Assembly (NCBI GenBank): GCA_026914245.1
Contig: CP110440.1
Location: 496,001-560,000 of the forward strand
Source: Puccinia triticina
Lineage: Eukaryota
DNA: 64,000 nucleotides
Direction: 5' to 3'
The notes under the pieces were generated by a model. It saw nothing but the letters and a program-made list of their open reading frames with translations, was not told the DNA's origin and did not search any database. Positions 62,045 through 64,000 of the stretch are shown here, in pieces. Each line of letters opens with the position of its first letter. Positions within the stretch are counted from its first letter, which is position 1. Position numbers and translations under genes: made by a program.

Positions 62045-62481
62045 TAGGATCTACACTATAACACTATCACACTGGTACACACGATACTGAACACTAATTC
62101 AAACTATAACTATGATTTGTAAGACTCTGTATAACTTTCTAACTGTTTATAAGATGCGAGAAAAAATGCTCATAACCTAATAGAGCCTGACAATGAGAAT
62201 ATATATTTCAAGAGAAGTGAACAACGAGAATGAATAAGAAATACAACAACTGAGGAAACATAAGCTCTATATATACATGCTATTATGTAGTATGTATGTA
62301 ATAGAGAAAAGGCTGTCTAGTCGAGGAAACATGGGAAAGTCCCATGTCTATGGTAAGTCATGACATATGACTTACCCTGGACATGTAGGATGTAAACGTA
62401 ATGACATATTACGTATCATACTACAACAACCCACCCCCCATATTGCACCTCACCTTTTCACCGCTGTTCTACCACTAACAC

Positions 62482-64000
62482 TTGCACCCGGAAGATTACA
62501 CCTTTAGAAATCGCAAGTATATCTGCAAGTGCTGCCCCCGTGCGACGGGCGTCGCAAACTGGCCAGCACATTGCCGGAGGAAAGCCCATCAGGTAAACTT
62601 CAACCTGCGGGCACATATGAGACGAGCCGCTGCCAAGCGGGCAAGGACGGCCGAACTGGCACGGGCAGCATCCTTGGCAGTGCAACACGCTGACATCAAC
62701 GAAGCACCCACTGAACACGGTTCCGCAAATAACCTCGACGACTATTGGGTTTGGGATTGTATCAAAGCTAATTGTGATTTTCATCCGCCAACATTACCCA
62801 CACCCAATGCACTCACACTGGTCAAAGAACTGGAGCAAAATGAAGGATCCCAGCCCAACGCCAATGCCCCACCTGCAGCCTCCGTGCGCAACTCGCATGT
62901 TATGGACGTCGGACTTGGACATATAAGCATTGATGTTGGTTGTCGCCCCGGACCCGACATCCCCGTTCGTCAGACAGATATTTGATCTAACAGGCTCAAT
63001 AAGAGCCCATGGTTCCCTTACAAGAGCAAGATGGTAAGCAATAATTTGCCCTACTTGCTTTTACAAAATCCTCACTACTGAGACGTACTCTTTAGGACCT
63101 CATTGCCTCTTTGATCATCGGTCACACCCGCTCCATGATCTCAAGGACCATCTACACCAAAATCCGGGCAATCTTGAAACTGTGCCACGCAAAACTTCCA
63201 GCATGGGCGGCTGTTCGCACCTCCCGAGCCAGAATCAACAAAATCTTGGGTCCAACATTACTCTTGTCCGTGTCAGTCTTTGACACACCCTGCTATTCCC
63301 TCAGCGCCAAGGAGATCATTTCTCAAGTGAGTTGCAAGCACCCCGTGAGTTTGACATGCCTGCACCGCCTATGGGCTGATGCTTATGTGACGATCAGGAG
63401 CTATCAAATCACCTGGTTGCAAAACACCTCGAATTTTATCCGGAGCTGACCCATGGTCTCAACATCTCAAAATTTAGCCAATGTTCTAAGTGGGTGGGTG
63501 GTCTATCCCATGAACACCGGCCTCAAATGTTTGATTCGAATGGCGAGCACTTCTATATTTACGAACCAGCACAGCTAATTTCGCGCGAAGTCGTCATCCC
63601 GATTTATATCGTTCAATATCAGTCGGCTCTACATGCTATGTCTATCCGACTTAATACGCACAACACTCGCAACAACTTGGATGGCATCAAGATCACCATT
63701 CCAGGTAACTTGTTTGTATCAGACTCTGATTTGACCTTGATATAACCCGTGGATCAGTTCTCAGCAATCTATGACACCATCACGTTGTCTGGCACTGGGG
63801 AGCTTCTGTGGGAGGCGTGTGGTGGTAAGATTTATGGTATGTCGGCCGATATCTGATGGACTGCGCTTTGCAATCTGGCTTGCACTCACTTGATTCCTTT
63901 GTAGAATCGTTCCTATATGGCCGACCAGATCAAGTAGTGAAGTTTCCCAATCCGTGGAGGAAGAAATCATCCCATCTCGTGATCCGCCAGGTCCCAATCA
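62482..64000 (+). pseudogene. Multi-exon, probably DNA-transposase-like gene fragment of a rust multicopy family; runs off the window
   Basis: Zn-finger-like CKCC..H....H, then SPWFPY|..ELSNHLVAKHLEFYPE..SQCSKW..HFYIYEP with GT-AG introns and stops. Family assignment is from recall only. Confidence 0.5.

Larger units (their letters stand above)
46269..62428 (-). mobile_element. Ty1/copia LTR retrotransposon with TG...TA LTR ends, interrupted by a gypsy element
   Basis: 251-bp LTRs at 46269-46519 and 62178-62428 (about 4 differences); TSD ACCCA; PBS GGTTATGAGC; poly-G PPT. Confidence 0.95.

Noticed and set aside
1..64000. tRNA, rRNA or prokaryotic-type systems
   Set aside because: None recognisable by eye; tRNAscan-SE/Infernal would be needed to exclude small RNA genes.

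Overview
Eukaryotic, transposon-dominated window. Intron signals, TE families and a typical Cys-rich secreted gene point to a rust fungus (Pucciniales, Puccinia-like); this is inferred, not database-confirmed. DNA transposons: a hAT element (377-4140, 8-bp TSD), a degenerate Helitron (3' end 46244), several MITEs or non-autonomous elements (CACTA, Harbinger, hAT-like, 7-bp-TSD type) and a probable transposase-like pseudogene at the right edge. LTR retroelements: a Ty1/copia (10670-22983) carrying a nested chromovirus (13651-19462) and a solo LTR (20871-21893); a decayed copia (about 32700-36833); and a second copia (46269-62428) carrying a very young nested Ty3/gypsy (50080-60713). The only likely host genes are two small secreted-protein candidates (30625-30870 +; 39321-39947 -, 3 exons). 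The most striking observation is in the young gypsy element. It is almost free of CpG, except for a roughly 1.4-kb CpG-rich island between pol and the 3' LTR. That island covers the upstream region and first exon of an antisense, intron-containing accessory gene (57758 to about 57002). All boundaries and counts were read by eye.
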